From the NCBI RefSeq assembly GCF_035084215.1, contig NC_090351.1, positions 28,582,001 to 28,646,000 of the forward strand: a stretch of 64,000 nt of DNA, written 5' to 3'. Below are positions 26,170-37,880 of this stretch, piece after piece. This stretch comes from Heptranchias perlo (taxonomy: Eukaryota). Made by a program: the position numbers and the translations under genes. Every line of letters begins with the position of its first letter. The stretch's first letter is position 1. The notes beneath the pieces were generated by a model. It was not told the DNA's origin and ran no database searches. It worked only from the letters and a program-made list of their open reading frames with translations.

Positions 26170-28300
26170 CCACTGTGCTAAATGGGATAGATTCAGAACA
26201 GATCTAGCAGCTTAAAACTGGGCATCCATGAGGCGCTGTGGGCCATCAGCAGAAGCAGAATTGTATTCCAGCACAATCTGTAACCTCATGGCCCAGCATA
26301 TTCCTCACTCTACCATTACCAACAAGCCAGGGGATCAACTCTGGTTCAATGAGGAGCAGCACCAGGTGTACCTAAAAATGAGGTGCCAACCTGGTGAAGC
26401 TACAACACAGCTCTACATGCATGCTAAACAGCAGAAGCAACATGCTATAGACAGAGCTAAGCAATTCCACAACCAACGGATCAGATCAAAGCTCTGCAGT
26501 CCTGCCATATCCAGTCGTGAATGGTGGTGGACAATTAAACAACTAACGGGAGGAGGAGGCGGCTCTGTGAACCCCATCCTCAATGATGGCAGAGTCCAGC
26601 ACGTGAGTGCAAACGACAAGGCTGAAGCATTTGCAACCATCTTCAGCCAGAAGTGCCGAGTGGATGATCCATCTCGGCCTCCTTCCGATATCCCCACCAT
26701 CGCAGAAGCCAGTCTTCAGCCAATTCAATTCACTCCACATGATATCAAGAAACGACCAAGTGCACTGGATACAACAAAGGATATGGGCCCCGAAAAAATC
26801 ACGGCTGTAGTGCTGAAGACTTGTACTCCAGAACTAGCTGCGCCTCTAGCCAAACTGTTCCAGTGCAGTTACAACACTGGCATCTACCCGACAATATGGA
26901 AAATTGCCCAGGTATGTCCTGTCCACAAAAAGCAGGACAAATCCAATCCGGCCAATTACCGCCCCATCAGTCTACTCTCAATCATCAGCAAAGTGATGGA
27001 AGGTGTCGTCGACAGTGCTATCAAGCGACACTTACTCACTAATGCTCAGTTTGGGTTACACCAGGACCACTCGGCTCCAGGCCTCATTGTAGCCTTGGTC
27101 CAAACATGGACAAAAGAGCTGAATTCCAGAGGTGAGGTGAGAGTGACTGCCTTTGACATCAAAGCAGCATTTGACCGAGCGTGGCACCAAGGAGCCCTAG
27201 TCAAATTGAAGTCAATGGGAATCAGTGGGAAAACTCTCCAGTGGCTGGAGTCATACCTGGCACAAAGGAAGATGGTCGTGCTGCTGAAGGCCAATCATCT
27301 CAGCCCCAGGACATTGCTGCAGTAGTTTCTCAGGGTAGTGTCCTAGGCCCAACCATCTTCAGCTGCTTCATCAATGACCTTCCCTCCATCATAAGGTCAG
27401 AAATGGGGATGTTCGCTGATGATTGCACAGTGTTTAGTTCCATTCAAAACCCCTCAGATAATGAAGCAGTCTGTGCCTGCATGCAACAAGACCTGGACAA
27501 CATCCAGGCTTGGGCTGATAAGTGACAAGTAACATCCGCGCCAGACAAGTGCCAGGCAATGACCATCTCCAACAAGAGAGAGTCTAACCACCTCCCCTTG
27601 ACATTCAACGGCATTACCATCACCGAATCTCCCACCATCAACATCCTGGAGGTCACCATTGACCAGAAACTTAACTGGACCAGCCACATAAATAATGTGA
27701 CTACAAGAGCAGGTCAGAGGCTGGGTATTCTGCGGCCAGGGACTCACCTCCTGACTCCCCAAAGCGTTTCCACCATCTACAAGGCACAAGTCAGGAGTGT
27801 GAGGGAATACTCTCCACTTGCTTGGATAAGTGCAGCTCCAACAACACTCAAGAAGCTCCTCACCTTCCAGAACAAAGCAGCCCGCTTGATTGGTATCCCG
27901 TCCACCACCCTAAACATTCACTCCTTTCACCACCGTGGCTGCAGTGTGTACCATCTACAGGATGCACTGCAGCAACTTGCCAAGGCTTCTTCGACAGCAT
28001 CTCCCAAACCCACGACCTCTACCACCTAGAAGGACAAGGGCAGCAGGCACATGGGAACAACACCACCTGCACGTTCCCCTCCAAGTCACACACCATCCGC
28101 ACTTGGAACTATCTCACCGTTCCTTCGTCACTGGGTCAAAATCCTGGAACTCCCTACCTAACAGCACTGTGGGAGAACCTTCATCACACGGACTGCAGCG
28201 GTTCAAGTAGGGGACTCACCACCACCTTCTCAAGGGCAATTAGGGATGGGCAATAAATGCTGGCCTTGCCAGCGACGCCCACATCCCATGAACGAATTTT
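26170..28300 (+). mobile_element. family A LINE in an IRF6 intron
   Basis: highly similar to 9377-11085 with frameshifts and stops; same 3' end. Confidence 0.95.
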
Positions 28301-28838
28301 AAAACAAATTTGTAGAAACAAAATTATTTCTGGTTCTGCACCAATTTTTAAAATCAAACAACAAAATGGGAAAAGTCCCCACAAGGAATCTTATCCTATC
28401 TAAAAATGTATGCTGAATGAGATTACTAAGCATTAATCTAATTAATTACTTTTATTTTGTTCTGTTCATTAAATTACGGACCAAGTCTCAGCATTAAGCA
28501 TATCCTGATGCACCACCTTCAGTAAAGCTGCCTCCATTCTGCCTCGACCTTAGAAGAGCACTCCCACTGCACCAATATCATTTTCTCCATTTCACACACC
28601 AGCAATATTCTGTCCTCATCATGAGGCTGCCAAATTGTACGCGCTAGGAAATGCCAGACCCATTTCACTCTGGATGCTTATAGTCAACAGAGAACCAACT
28701 GGGTTGACTTCAAACACAGATTCTAGAGATTTTTTAAAAAGTATTTTATTCCACTTCACCATTAATGTTTTATTACAAGATCCTAATAGTAAAATAATAG
28801 ATTAGATTCACACCGATAATAGCTCTGGGTTCACTTAC

Positions 28839-28872
28839 CATTTAAATTCAGAAATGGAAAGCTTTCTTGCAT
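28839..28872 (-). CDS. IRF6: IRF6 34-bp mini-exon
   Basis: atacag|ATG CAA GAA AGC TTT CCA TTT CTG AAT TTA AAT G|gtaagt = MQESFPFLNLN, resembling IRF6 IQDTFPFLNIN; required to restore phase between neighbouring exons. Confidence 0.88.
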
Positions 28873-29568
28873 CTGTATATAAGAGAGGAAATGAACATAA
28901 ATATGAGAGCAGTCCTTCTTTTAAAATTACCTAAATGACCAAAGACCAATATTTTCATAAATGTGGAGTGGTCTATCGTTGAAGAATTTGAGTATATGCC
29001 AACTGTGTTAATTAGAATATAGGCCGACTGCATCAATTCCTTTAGAATATATGCTGATGCCATTATTTCCTGACAATCAAGGGTTGATTTGTCACTGGAT
29101 AAAACTGCATTGGTTACATCATAAATTTTACAATCACCACACATCAGCTGGTACACAGCACAGCTTCTGCTGGCATTCACAGTGAAAACCAGCATCAGGA
29201 AAAGTGCAATAAACCACCCCTGAAAACAATATAGATCATCAAAAACAGCAAATATACAAGAGTGATTTGAAGACTATAATTTCAAGTTCAGATACAAATT
29301 TCCACCCACATCCACTTTCCAGTAGGGATCCTTACACAGCAATCAGGAGCAAGAATCCAGGCTGATTTTTTCCTCTCTAGCCTACGGCCACTAAGGGCAA
29401 CTGTAGTGACCCTACAGCTGTACTTGCCACAAATTGAACTGGGGACTTTGTATTGTGTGATTTGGTTCTGCACCTGATGGTGACTTCACCTACCAAGCCA
29501 TCCAGTTTGAATTTGCCACAGTACCCTTATCATGCTCGAAAATCCTGTTTCAAAGCTTGTCCACTCAC

Positions 29569-29651
29569 TTTAACTTGAGGCTGAGAAGAGCTCACGTCAC
29601 CATCCTCTTCATCTTCCAAATCTATGTCATTTTCTTCCCAAGGTACTGATC
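29569..29651 (-). CDS. IRF6: IRF6 coding exon 3 (acidic linker)
   Basis: (G)SVPWEENDIDLEDEEDGDVSSSQPQVK; ttttacag|GA, AAA|gtgagt; 83 bp, phase 1-0. Confidence 0.9.
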
Positions 29652-29834
29652 CTGTAAAATACAAATTATATTGTTATATAATAAATTGAAAGACCTAATG
29701 GGTTGTCAGATTTAATTGCAAATCAATGCCCTCAGTCGTGCCTTTTCTACAATGACTGAAGTAAAACCTATTATTTACTATATGTGCAGTGTATCTTGGT
29801 TCCTGGCAGCAGTCTCATGCCTTTGTGAAGTTGT

Positions 29835-30056
29835 GATGTGGAGATGCCGGTGATGGACTGGGGTTGACAATTGTAAACAATTTTACAACACCAAGTTATA
29901 GTCCAACAAATTTATTTTAAATTCCACAAGCTTTCGGAGGCTTCCTCCTTCGTCAGGTTTCTACACCGTTCACCTGACGGAGGAAGCCTCCGAAAGCTTG
30001 TGGAATTTAAAATAAATTTGTTGGACTATAACTTGGTGTTGTAAAATTGTTTACAA
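29835..30056 (-). mobile_element. Penelope pLTR fold-back insertion in an IRF6 intron
   Basis: inverted arms ~29869-29958 and 29972-30058 with ~13-bp spacer; shared PLE tail; 13-bp TSD TTTGTGAAGTTGT at 29822-29834 and 30057-30069; hammerhead motif 29925-29959 (-). Confidence 0.88.
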
Positions 30057-30449
30057 TTTGTGAAGTTGTACTTTCTTTACAGATAACTAGATTTTATTTT
30101 TTGTTTAAGGCTAACGTTGAACTGAAAACAAATAATTTACTTGTTTTAGGCCCGAGAATATTTGGCTCTTCAATCAGTTGAAAGCTCAGGCCTAGTGTCA
30201 ATGACAATTGATCTTACGGTTACAGTATATTGTAATTTGACCCCTTGTGATTTAATTGGCTTTTTTCTCCTATCCCAATACAAAACCTACTGAATTACTG
30301 ATTCCTGCTCCCAGTCTGCTACAACTTGCAAGCATAAACAAAAATTACATCAGCAAAGTTCCAAAATGACAACTGTTTTTAAGCACTTAGGCCTTTTTTA
30401 AAAAAAACCTTGCCAGTACCAGCTGTTACAACTCAAAGCAATTTCCTAC

Positions 30450-30654
30450 CTGGATTACTGTGTGTGCCATTGCTCTGTGGGATATCACACACTTCGTAAA
30501 TCTTAAGAGGATTCATTGGAACCTCTTTGGTTCCATCATAAATTAGGTTAAATTCACGACTTTTATTAAGCGCACATCGGAGCTGTGCTTTCCACTTGGC
30601 TGGATCTGGGTCATCAATCCCTTCCTGATACTTTCCAGTTTCTACTGCCCATGC
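30450..30654 (-). CDS. IRF6: IRF6 coding exon 2 (C-terminal half of the DNA-binding domain)
   Basis: [59 protein letters not shown]...; ctgcag|GCA, CCAG|gtagg; 205 bp. Confidence 0.97.
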
Positions 30655-31250
30655 CTGCAGATAAAATACATTGGTATTAATATTTTAAGTGACCCTGATT
30701 TGTAGATTTAGACCAAATCATTCCTTTCTCCTTCCACTCCAACTCCTACTGGTCCCACAAAAATAATTTTTTTTAAAAAACGTACCCTTTTCAGCATCGC
30801 CGGTGAAACTGGTTGGCGAGTACAAGGCGCACACTCTGACCACTTCTGTCCTAAAATGCCAATCGGGGTCCAATATATGATGTTGTAGGACCTTCATTTG
30901 CATATTGAAAGGGACCTACCACCTGAATCTGGCAGGCACTTTGGCTGCCCAGTGGTAGGCCCGTGAAATTGGCAGCGGGCACAGCATTGGTATTAACTGG
31001 ACGGCAAGTCTATGGATCCCATTTTGAGGTCATTAACACTGATTTCAGCAAATTAAAAAATTGATCCCATTGTTACTCAGTGAGCAGTGACTAATCTTGT
31101 TCCATGTAGTGATTAACTATACAAGATTTCCCCATAGACTTTTGGGCATATTTTTTGTTTCTGTTCAATAAAATAATTTTTTTTTAAAAAAACTTTCCAT
31201 GGTCATTATAAACCAATTTACTCTAACTTTATCCACAGAGAAAATTATCA

Positions 31251-31385
31251 CCAGAATTTTCAACTTCAGCCCAGTTATACACCCCACCCGATTTTCCTTA
31301 CCATTGAATCAATAGAAAGGAAAAGCCAGACAGGGTGTACAACAGGCAGTCGATCGGATACCCCAGCTGAAGTTGAAAGTTTTGC
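31251..31385. mobile_element. MITE (Harbinger-like)
   Basis: TIR CAGAATTTTCAACTTCAGC / GCTGAAGTTGAAAGTTTTG; related copies at 63062-63179 and ~278-372. Confidence 0.6.
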
Positions 31386-32192
31386 CATGTAAAAATCCTC
31401 TGGAGTATAGTTTCTTCTGCACGCAATGTTAAATAAAATTTACTTTACTACACCGAGGAAAATATACCCATTTATAATAACTTGGTCCTTATCAGTTATT
31501 TTCATTTAACAGGCTCCTGCACTTGGGCCTGTTTCCAATCAGAAGTACAAATGTGCACATCATACCTTTCCAACAGTTGCTAGCGTTTATGGGACTGTTG
31601 TAAAAAAAAAAGTTAAAAGCTCTAACAATTATTTTTCATCTCTTTGCACGATCTTTGCCTTTTCAGATTTTAGTTACAGGATACTTTGCCATTCTCACTC
31701 ATTATGATGCTAAGGGAAATACAATAAATGGTAAACATTTACAAATGTGGGAGTTATGTTTGTATTACTCATTAGAATAACAGATTGTTTCCTTTATCAA
31801 TTCTTGATTTATAATTTGCAACTCTGTTTTGTTACCATTTTAGTTAATCTACTTCCACCCTAACAAATGGACTGAAAATTTACAAGCAGAAAAGTCTTGT
31901 TACCACTGATCTTTGATCTTTTAACTCAACTTAGGAGACATTACGTTCAGTGGATCAGTCCACTGAGTCTTCTGCCCACAGCTACCTTTCTGAACAAATA
32001 CAGATTTGACACATCTAAATCTCAAAGGTCAGCTTCACTCAGTCAGTAGCATGTTTGCTACTGGATCAGAAGATTAGGGCCCGTACTACAAACCAGAACT
32101 TGAGCACATAATCCAAGCTAAAGTCCCAGTGCTATCTTGTAGGTGAGATGTTAGACTGAGGTCCCGTCTGCATATTCCAGTAATTAAAAATC

Positions 32193-32274
32193 AAACCAGA
32201 CCTGGGAAAAGGCCACTGTCCACTTGGGCCAACAGCCAAGGTTTCAGACGCACCCTGTGTGGATGTATTGCCAC
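32193..32274 (-). pseudogene. intronic partial duplicate of IRF6 first coding exon
   Basis: aligns to 32861-32942 with ~9 substitutions; ATG->GTG and TGG->TGA. Confidence 0.92.
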
Positions 32275-32768
32275 GGTCATGTTGTGAGCACTATTGTTTT
32301 ACCCAACATTCCTCCCTCAACCAATACCACAGAAAACATTGGTCATTCATCTCATTATTACTTCTGAGGTACTACTGGTGCAAAATAGCTGCCATGTTTG
32401 CTGGCACTTCTATAGTAATTCATTCCATGAAGTACTTTAGGACATTTTAATATGATAAGGTGCTGTAAAAATGCAATATTACTAAATGTAAGATTTACAT
32501 TAATGCTCCAAGCCAATTAAAACAATTTTATAAGTTATCTGAGGAATAAATGGCGGTGATGGGATGTAAGCAAACAACCTATCTATAAAACAGTGCAAGT
32601 TTGTTTAAGGTGTATAAATGTGCTAAAGGTAACCAACTTTTCCATTCAAAATTAACCAGCTATCTTTAGTGTGGCGGGTCTGTTTACAAGAACGATTTGG
32701 AAAACAATGTTACGGAAGTTAAGTCATAAATCCCATACAATTACAATGAGTTAAAACCATGGCTTCAC

Positions 32769-32942
32769 CTTAAAGATAGTGCTTTCTTCCTCTTGAGGAG
32801 GACTGTGGCGAGTTGCATGTTTCCAAGGAATTTGGAATCGTTTATTTTCCCGGTGGAGCCAAACTAGACCTGAAAAAAGGCCACTGTCCACTTGGGCCAC
32901 GAGCCAAGGTTTCAGACGCACCCTGCGTGGATGTATCGCCAT
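32769..32942 (-). CDS. IRF6: IRF6 coding exon 1 (N-terminal half of the IRF DNA-binding domain)
   Basis: [58 protein letters not shown]; acceptor ttcag|ATAATG at 32945, donor AAG|gtgaag; 174 bp. Confidence 0.97.
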
Positions 32943-34612
32943 TATCTGAAACAAGAACTCTTCTTATTTAAGAAGAAAAATAAAATGGTCATGTTGTGAA
33001 ATACAAGATTCACGGTGTGATTTCAACAAAACTGATTTGTAAGTGAAGATGTGGAAACACTGCTTTAACCTACTGAGGTGATAAATTAGTGTTACAAACA
33101 CACAGCTAGACATTTTAGTTCTAGGGGCAGTTCCCATCCAATCCAGTTTTGCTAATTTCACTGATTTGATCCAAGGAATACACAGTGAAAAACAAATAGA
33201 TTTTTACAATTACATTTATCAGGGCAATAAATCACATGTTTGAGTGCATTTCCACCACCAGTTTTAAACTAACCAATTCCAATTGTAGGAAATCACAAAA
33301 CAGGATGGTTGGATAAACAAAACAAGGTTCGGTCTCAATGCTCTTTGTTTACAATAATGTGCAGTGTAACATGCAACACATTAGATCAAAAAAAAATTGT
33401 TGTTGCACACTAAGAGAACTGAGTTGGGAATTAATATTCTGAGGTTGCAATTACACATCATGCCAATTTTATAATTACAGTGTTAATGCAGCCTAAATCC
33501 AGAGTCAGGGACCTACTGCACACTGGAGCAAGACTCCATAGAAGTGAGAGACTTGCTCTGCTTCCCTCTGAAATCAGGTCAGGTCTTAAATCCACATTCA
33601 CACTGCACAATTTGGGTGACAGTTATGAAGCAGAAACTGCTTTGCACCAATGCAAAGCCTGCAGTGTAAATGTGCCCAGAGGCTGTACACCAGAGGTTTT
33701 AAAGCACTAAAGCTGCATTTCTAATGATCAGTAGTAGCTGCAGTGCGAGTTCCACCCAGACAGTACTTGGATTAAGTTGCCTAGCTCTTGTCTGGAACAG
33801 TAATGGTGATATCTAGGAGAAAGCTCAGCACCTGGTTACACACATCCATAGCTCCTCCCCTCCAGCAATTAACATTTAAGTAGTGTACAGAGGCAGCAAT
33901 CTCAGTCTCTAAACATTTATCAGGTAGATTAAGGACCCAGAGACCCTGTAAGCACTTTGTAAACTGGGTCTGACACCACATCCATTTACGTTCCATGCAA
34001 AACGAAAGCAGTGGATACTGCCCCCTCAGGGAGTCTCACTCCTTTCTTCCGGAGTCAGGTGAGGCCCTAAATCCAGATTCACACTACAGGTTTATCGCCA
34101 GAGAGGAGTGAAAGCCGCTTGGCAGCATAAAACGCATCCGAATGTTTTTATAAAATAAGTAGTGTAACATTAAACTGGTGACACGCTGTTAGGTTGAAGT
34201 GAGGGTTCAGGAGAATCGACACTCGGGGATTTAAACGACGGGTTTTTAAATGCTGGGAGGGGCAAGTAAAGGCGAGAATAAATTCGGATTTCTGCAGTGA
34301 AATAGCAGCGGGACACGCCTGGGCAAAACTAAGAGGCACAATAAATCCATACAGAAATCATCTTAAAACTATCTACAGTTATGTGTGGAGGAAAATTCCT
34401 TTCTTGATCCATCAAGCGGAAGTAACTCAAGGACCCACCGGTGGAGAACACACACCCTACGTCCAGCTGAGTAACACAGGGTGGGAATTTCTCCCTCTCC
34501 CATCGGGACAGGCACGGGATTTTAACCCGGTCCCCTTTCTGGGCTGGAGGGAGGGAGAAAGGCAATGACACCAAGTCAAAACCCCGAGATCAAGAGTTCG
34601 CATTCCTTTTAC

Positions 34613-34669
34613 CTTCTCGTCGATTTCCAGCTTGTGATCCCGGAAATGTTTACTTTACAGAGTCGTCTC
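34613..34669 (-). other. IRF6: candidate IRF6 5'UTR exon 2
   Basis: ttgcag|GAGACG...GAGAAG|gtaaaa, 57 bp; IRF6 is known to have two non-coding 5' exons. Confidence 0.55.
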
Positions 34670-35771
34670 CTGCAATAATGGAGCCAAGAAACACACAAAA
34701 AGTCAGTTTCACCGTTCTCAGCCCGCACGGTTTGGTGTCGGTGTCTCCAAAATGTTCTCTGGTGGTTCCTGATTTGGTAAAGTCTAGATTAACGAGAGAG
34801 CAGTCTGTCTCCCGAGGTTGGTCTGGATTTTACCAACTTCGTTTCCCCACCCCTAACTTTCTCCATAAATTTCTGTTGTAGAATCTACGTCAGAGCCAGA
34901 GAACACCGCACCCAACTCATAGATACTATGGAGAAATAGAGACATAGAAACACTTAACAAAAATATGTGACAACCCATGGCATAGCCCAATAAACAAAAA
35001 TAAACTGATGTGTCTGACTGTGTGGAGTCAAATAGTCAGACACAATAAACAACCACTGAAAACACGTCTGACACAATAAAGCCACAAAAGCTTCTTAAAC
35101 GTTTTAAGAGTTCAAAAAGAACGAGGTTTCCGAAAAGGAAACAACCTGAAAATAGTCCACAAAAGAGACAATAAAACAGGTAAATACGAAAGGGGAGCGG
35201 AGAGGAGGGAATCGTGCAGAAACACTGGATATTGAACCAAAACCAATCTAAACCTTGAAATGAAACATCGATTTTAAATATAGATCGATCAAATACCCCG
35301 TTGCACGTTTACAATAATATCCCCTGATCAAAATCGTAGCTCCTTCAGATATTTACATACATTTTGTTCAATAATAAAGCATTTCTAATGATATGTTAAA
35401 GAAAAACAGAGGCTCTTTCGCAGGAATCTCTCGATATATATTACAGTAGGTTATTGATGAATTGCAAATTTCAAAAAATTTTGGCATAGAAAAATAACTT
35501 CCAGCAGAGACACAAACGTATGATTTAAAATAAAGAAATAGTAAATAAAACTTGGATAAACGAGGAATTATAAAGTGTAAACATACGGTGAACACACTAG
35601 CTACTACCAAAGATTCAGCGAATACACATAAACACTGTCGCACCAAAATCCGACCAACAGAGTAAGGGGAGAAAGTCCAGGCACCAAGAAAGTAACGAAA
35701 ACAGTGTCCACAAATTGTTCATATACTAGCACTAAAATCGCTGGATCAATAGGTACAATGCATACACTTAC

Positions 35772-36020
35772 CTCGCAGTCTGCAGTAGCACAAATGCAAG
35801 CAGTAATTGACTCTTGATTCCTCACCCAGACTGTTTCTAAATGTTGATCCTGGTTAGTCTCGGTTCACCGCAGGTATGTGCAGTGACTCATCCAGTCACA
35901 TGAGTGTGTGTTTCCTGTGCTGGTTTTGCTACATTTACCTGCCCAGTTTCGCTTAAAAAAACTCGAATGTGTAATCTTGAGTCACTTACTGTAGCTTGAC
36001 TAACAATTAACGCACCTGCG
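35772..36020 (-). promoter_or_regulatory. IRF6: candidate IRF6 first exon/promoter
   Basis: strong donor GCGAG|gtaagtgt at 35772; AP-1 motifs TGACTCA 35884-35890 and TGAGTCA 35978-35984, CACCTG E-box at ~36013, CTGGTT GRHL-like half-sites; locally higher CpG; TSS not determinable. Confidence 0.5.
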
Positions 36021-36175
36021 ATTGAAACAGGCTGGAATGGGTGCTGTGCAATGTGCGACCCAAACTGTCAATCGGCCATTTGCGCTCTTCGTTCATCTAC
36101 ATAAGAATGTAAGAAATAGGAGCAGGAGTAGGCCACATGGCCCCTCGAGCCTGCTCCGCCATTGAATCAAATCAT

Positions 36176-36842
36176 ACGTTGCAGGAAAGGATGCCCCTGA
36201 GCATGGTACATTGGCGAGACCATGCAGACACTGCGAACTGTGAACGGACACCGCGCAACAATCGCCAGACAGGAGGGATCCCTCCCAGTCGGGGAACACT
36301 TCAGCAGTCAAGGACATTCAGCCACCGATCTTCGGGTAAGCATTCTCCAAGACGGCCTTCGAGACACACGACAATGCAAAATCGTCGAGCAGAAATTGAT
36401 AGTCAAGTTCCGCACCCATGAGGACGGCCTCAACCGGGATCTTGGGTTCATGTCTCGCTACACGTAACCCCACCAGCGAACAAATGTTATCTGTTTTTAA
36501 TACAACGGGTCATTCTCTGTCTTTCTCTTCCTTTCGGATGTTTTTCTCTCTCTGTCTTTTGTTCTGGCCGTTTGTATATTCGGTGGTCCTGTAGGTAACA
36601 TCTCTCTGTCTGAACACTTTGATTGCCTTGACAACGGGCAGTTGGAAAGATTATCTGTAATCACCAGGTATTGTTCTCTGATTATAAATGCGGTAACGTT
36701 CAAGGAATCCCACACTTCACCTGACGAAGGAGAAAGCCTCCGAAAGCTTGTGATTTTCAAATAAAACAGTTGGAATATAACCTGGTGTTGTAAGATTCCT
36801 TACATTTGTCAACCCCAGTCCATCACCGGCATCGCCACATCA
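36176..36842 (+). mobile_element. 5'-truncated Penelope-like element (GIY-YIG endonuclease C-terminus + pLTR)
   Basis: WYIGETMQTL..HRATI..PVGEHF..H..DL.V..EQKLIVKFRTHEDGLNRDLG; 13-bp TSD TGAATCAAATCAT at 36163-36175 and 36843-36855; inserted into a CR1 3' end. Confidence 0.9.
36717..36753 (+). ncRNA. minimal type-I hammerhead ribozyme motif
   Basis: TCAC-CTGACGA-A-GGAG aaagc CTCC-GAAAGCT-T-GTGA: core boxes, stem II, palindromic stem III, stem I. Confidence 0.8.
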
Positions 36843-37669
36843 TGAATCAAATCATGGCTGATCTTCAACCTCAACTCTACTTTCCCACCCGATCCCCATA
36901 TCCTTTGACTCCTTTGCTGATCAAAAATTTGTCTAACTCAGCCTTGTATGTATCAATGACTCAGCCTCCACAGCTTTTTGGGGTAAAGAATTCCAAAGAT
37001 TCACGACCCTCTGGGAGAAGAAATTCCTCCTCATTTCCGTCTTAAGCAGACGACTCCTTATTCTGAGACTACGCCCCCTAGTTTTAGATTCCCCCATGAG
37101 GGGTAACATCCTCTCAGCATCTACCCTATCGAGTCCCCTCAGAAACTTGTGTGTTTCAATAAGATCTCCTCTCATTCTTCTAAACTCCAAAGAGTATAGA
37201 CCCAACCTGTTCAATCTTTCCTCATAAGACAACCCTTCCATACCCAGAATCAACCTAGTGAACCTTCTCTGAACTGCCTCCAATGCAAGTATGTCCTTCC
37301 TTAAATAAGGGCACCAGAACTGTACGCAGTGCAGTCCTCCCTCAGTACTGCACTGAAGTGCCAGCATAGGCTTTGTGCTTAAGTCTCTGGAGAGGGACTT
37401 GAGCTCATGATCTTCTGACTCCAAGGCATGAGTGCTACCAATTGAGCCAAGGCTGACACCACTGACCAACTACATGGCACTATAAAAAGCTAAGAAGAGA
37501 TGCCATAACTCAGAGTGAGGCTTGGCTGGGAGGTAAGTGTTCTGAAATCACTTTAAATCAATTTTTAAAAGTTAATTTCAGTTATAAAAATGTTGTAAAA
37601 TGCAATAAAAAATCATTTCCAGTGTCTGCACATCCCCTTTTCCACTGAGATGTCACCAGAGGACATGAA

Positions 37670-37880
37670 AAAATGAGCCCAAAACTTTGAGGATGGGGAC
37701 CTGCTGGATGGAGCTTCAGTGAGACTGGTTGCTGAGGACACCATGGGCGAGTGTCCCCCGCGAGGTGAGCCAGGTGACGTGGGGGAAGATGATCGAGAAC
37801 CCGAGCACCACGTTGGTAATTCCACACTCGGGCGACCAGTTCCGGAAGAAGTGCAATGACCTGACCACAATAAGCAAGGT
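37670..37880 (+). mobile_element. Myb/SANT (trihelix) remnant, likely from a Harbinger transposon
   Basis: TWGKMI...HSGDQFRKKCNDL resembles the W..I.....R...QCRKKWNDL motif; followed by a gtaagc donor. Confidence 0.55.

Larger units (their letters stand above)
36098..37330 (-). mobile_element. CR1 3' fragment interrupted by the Penelope element
   Basis: CVQFWCPYLRKDILALEAVQRRFTRLI...; acataagaa tail at 36098. Confidence 0.9.
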
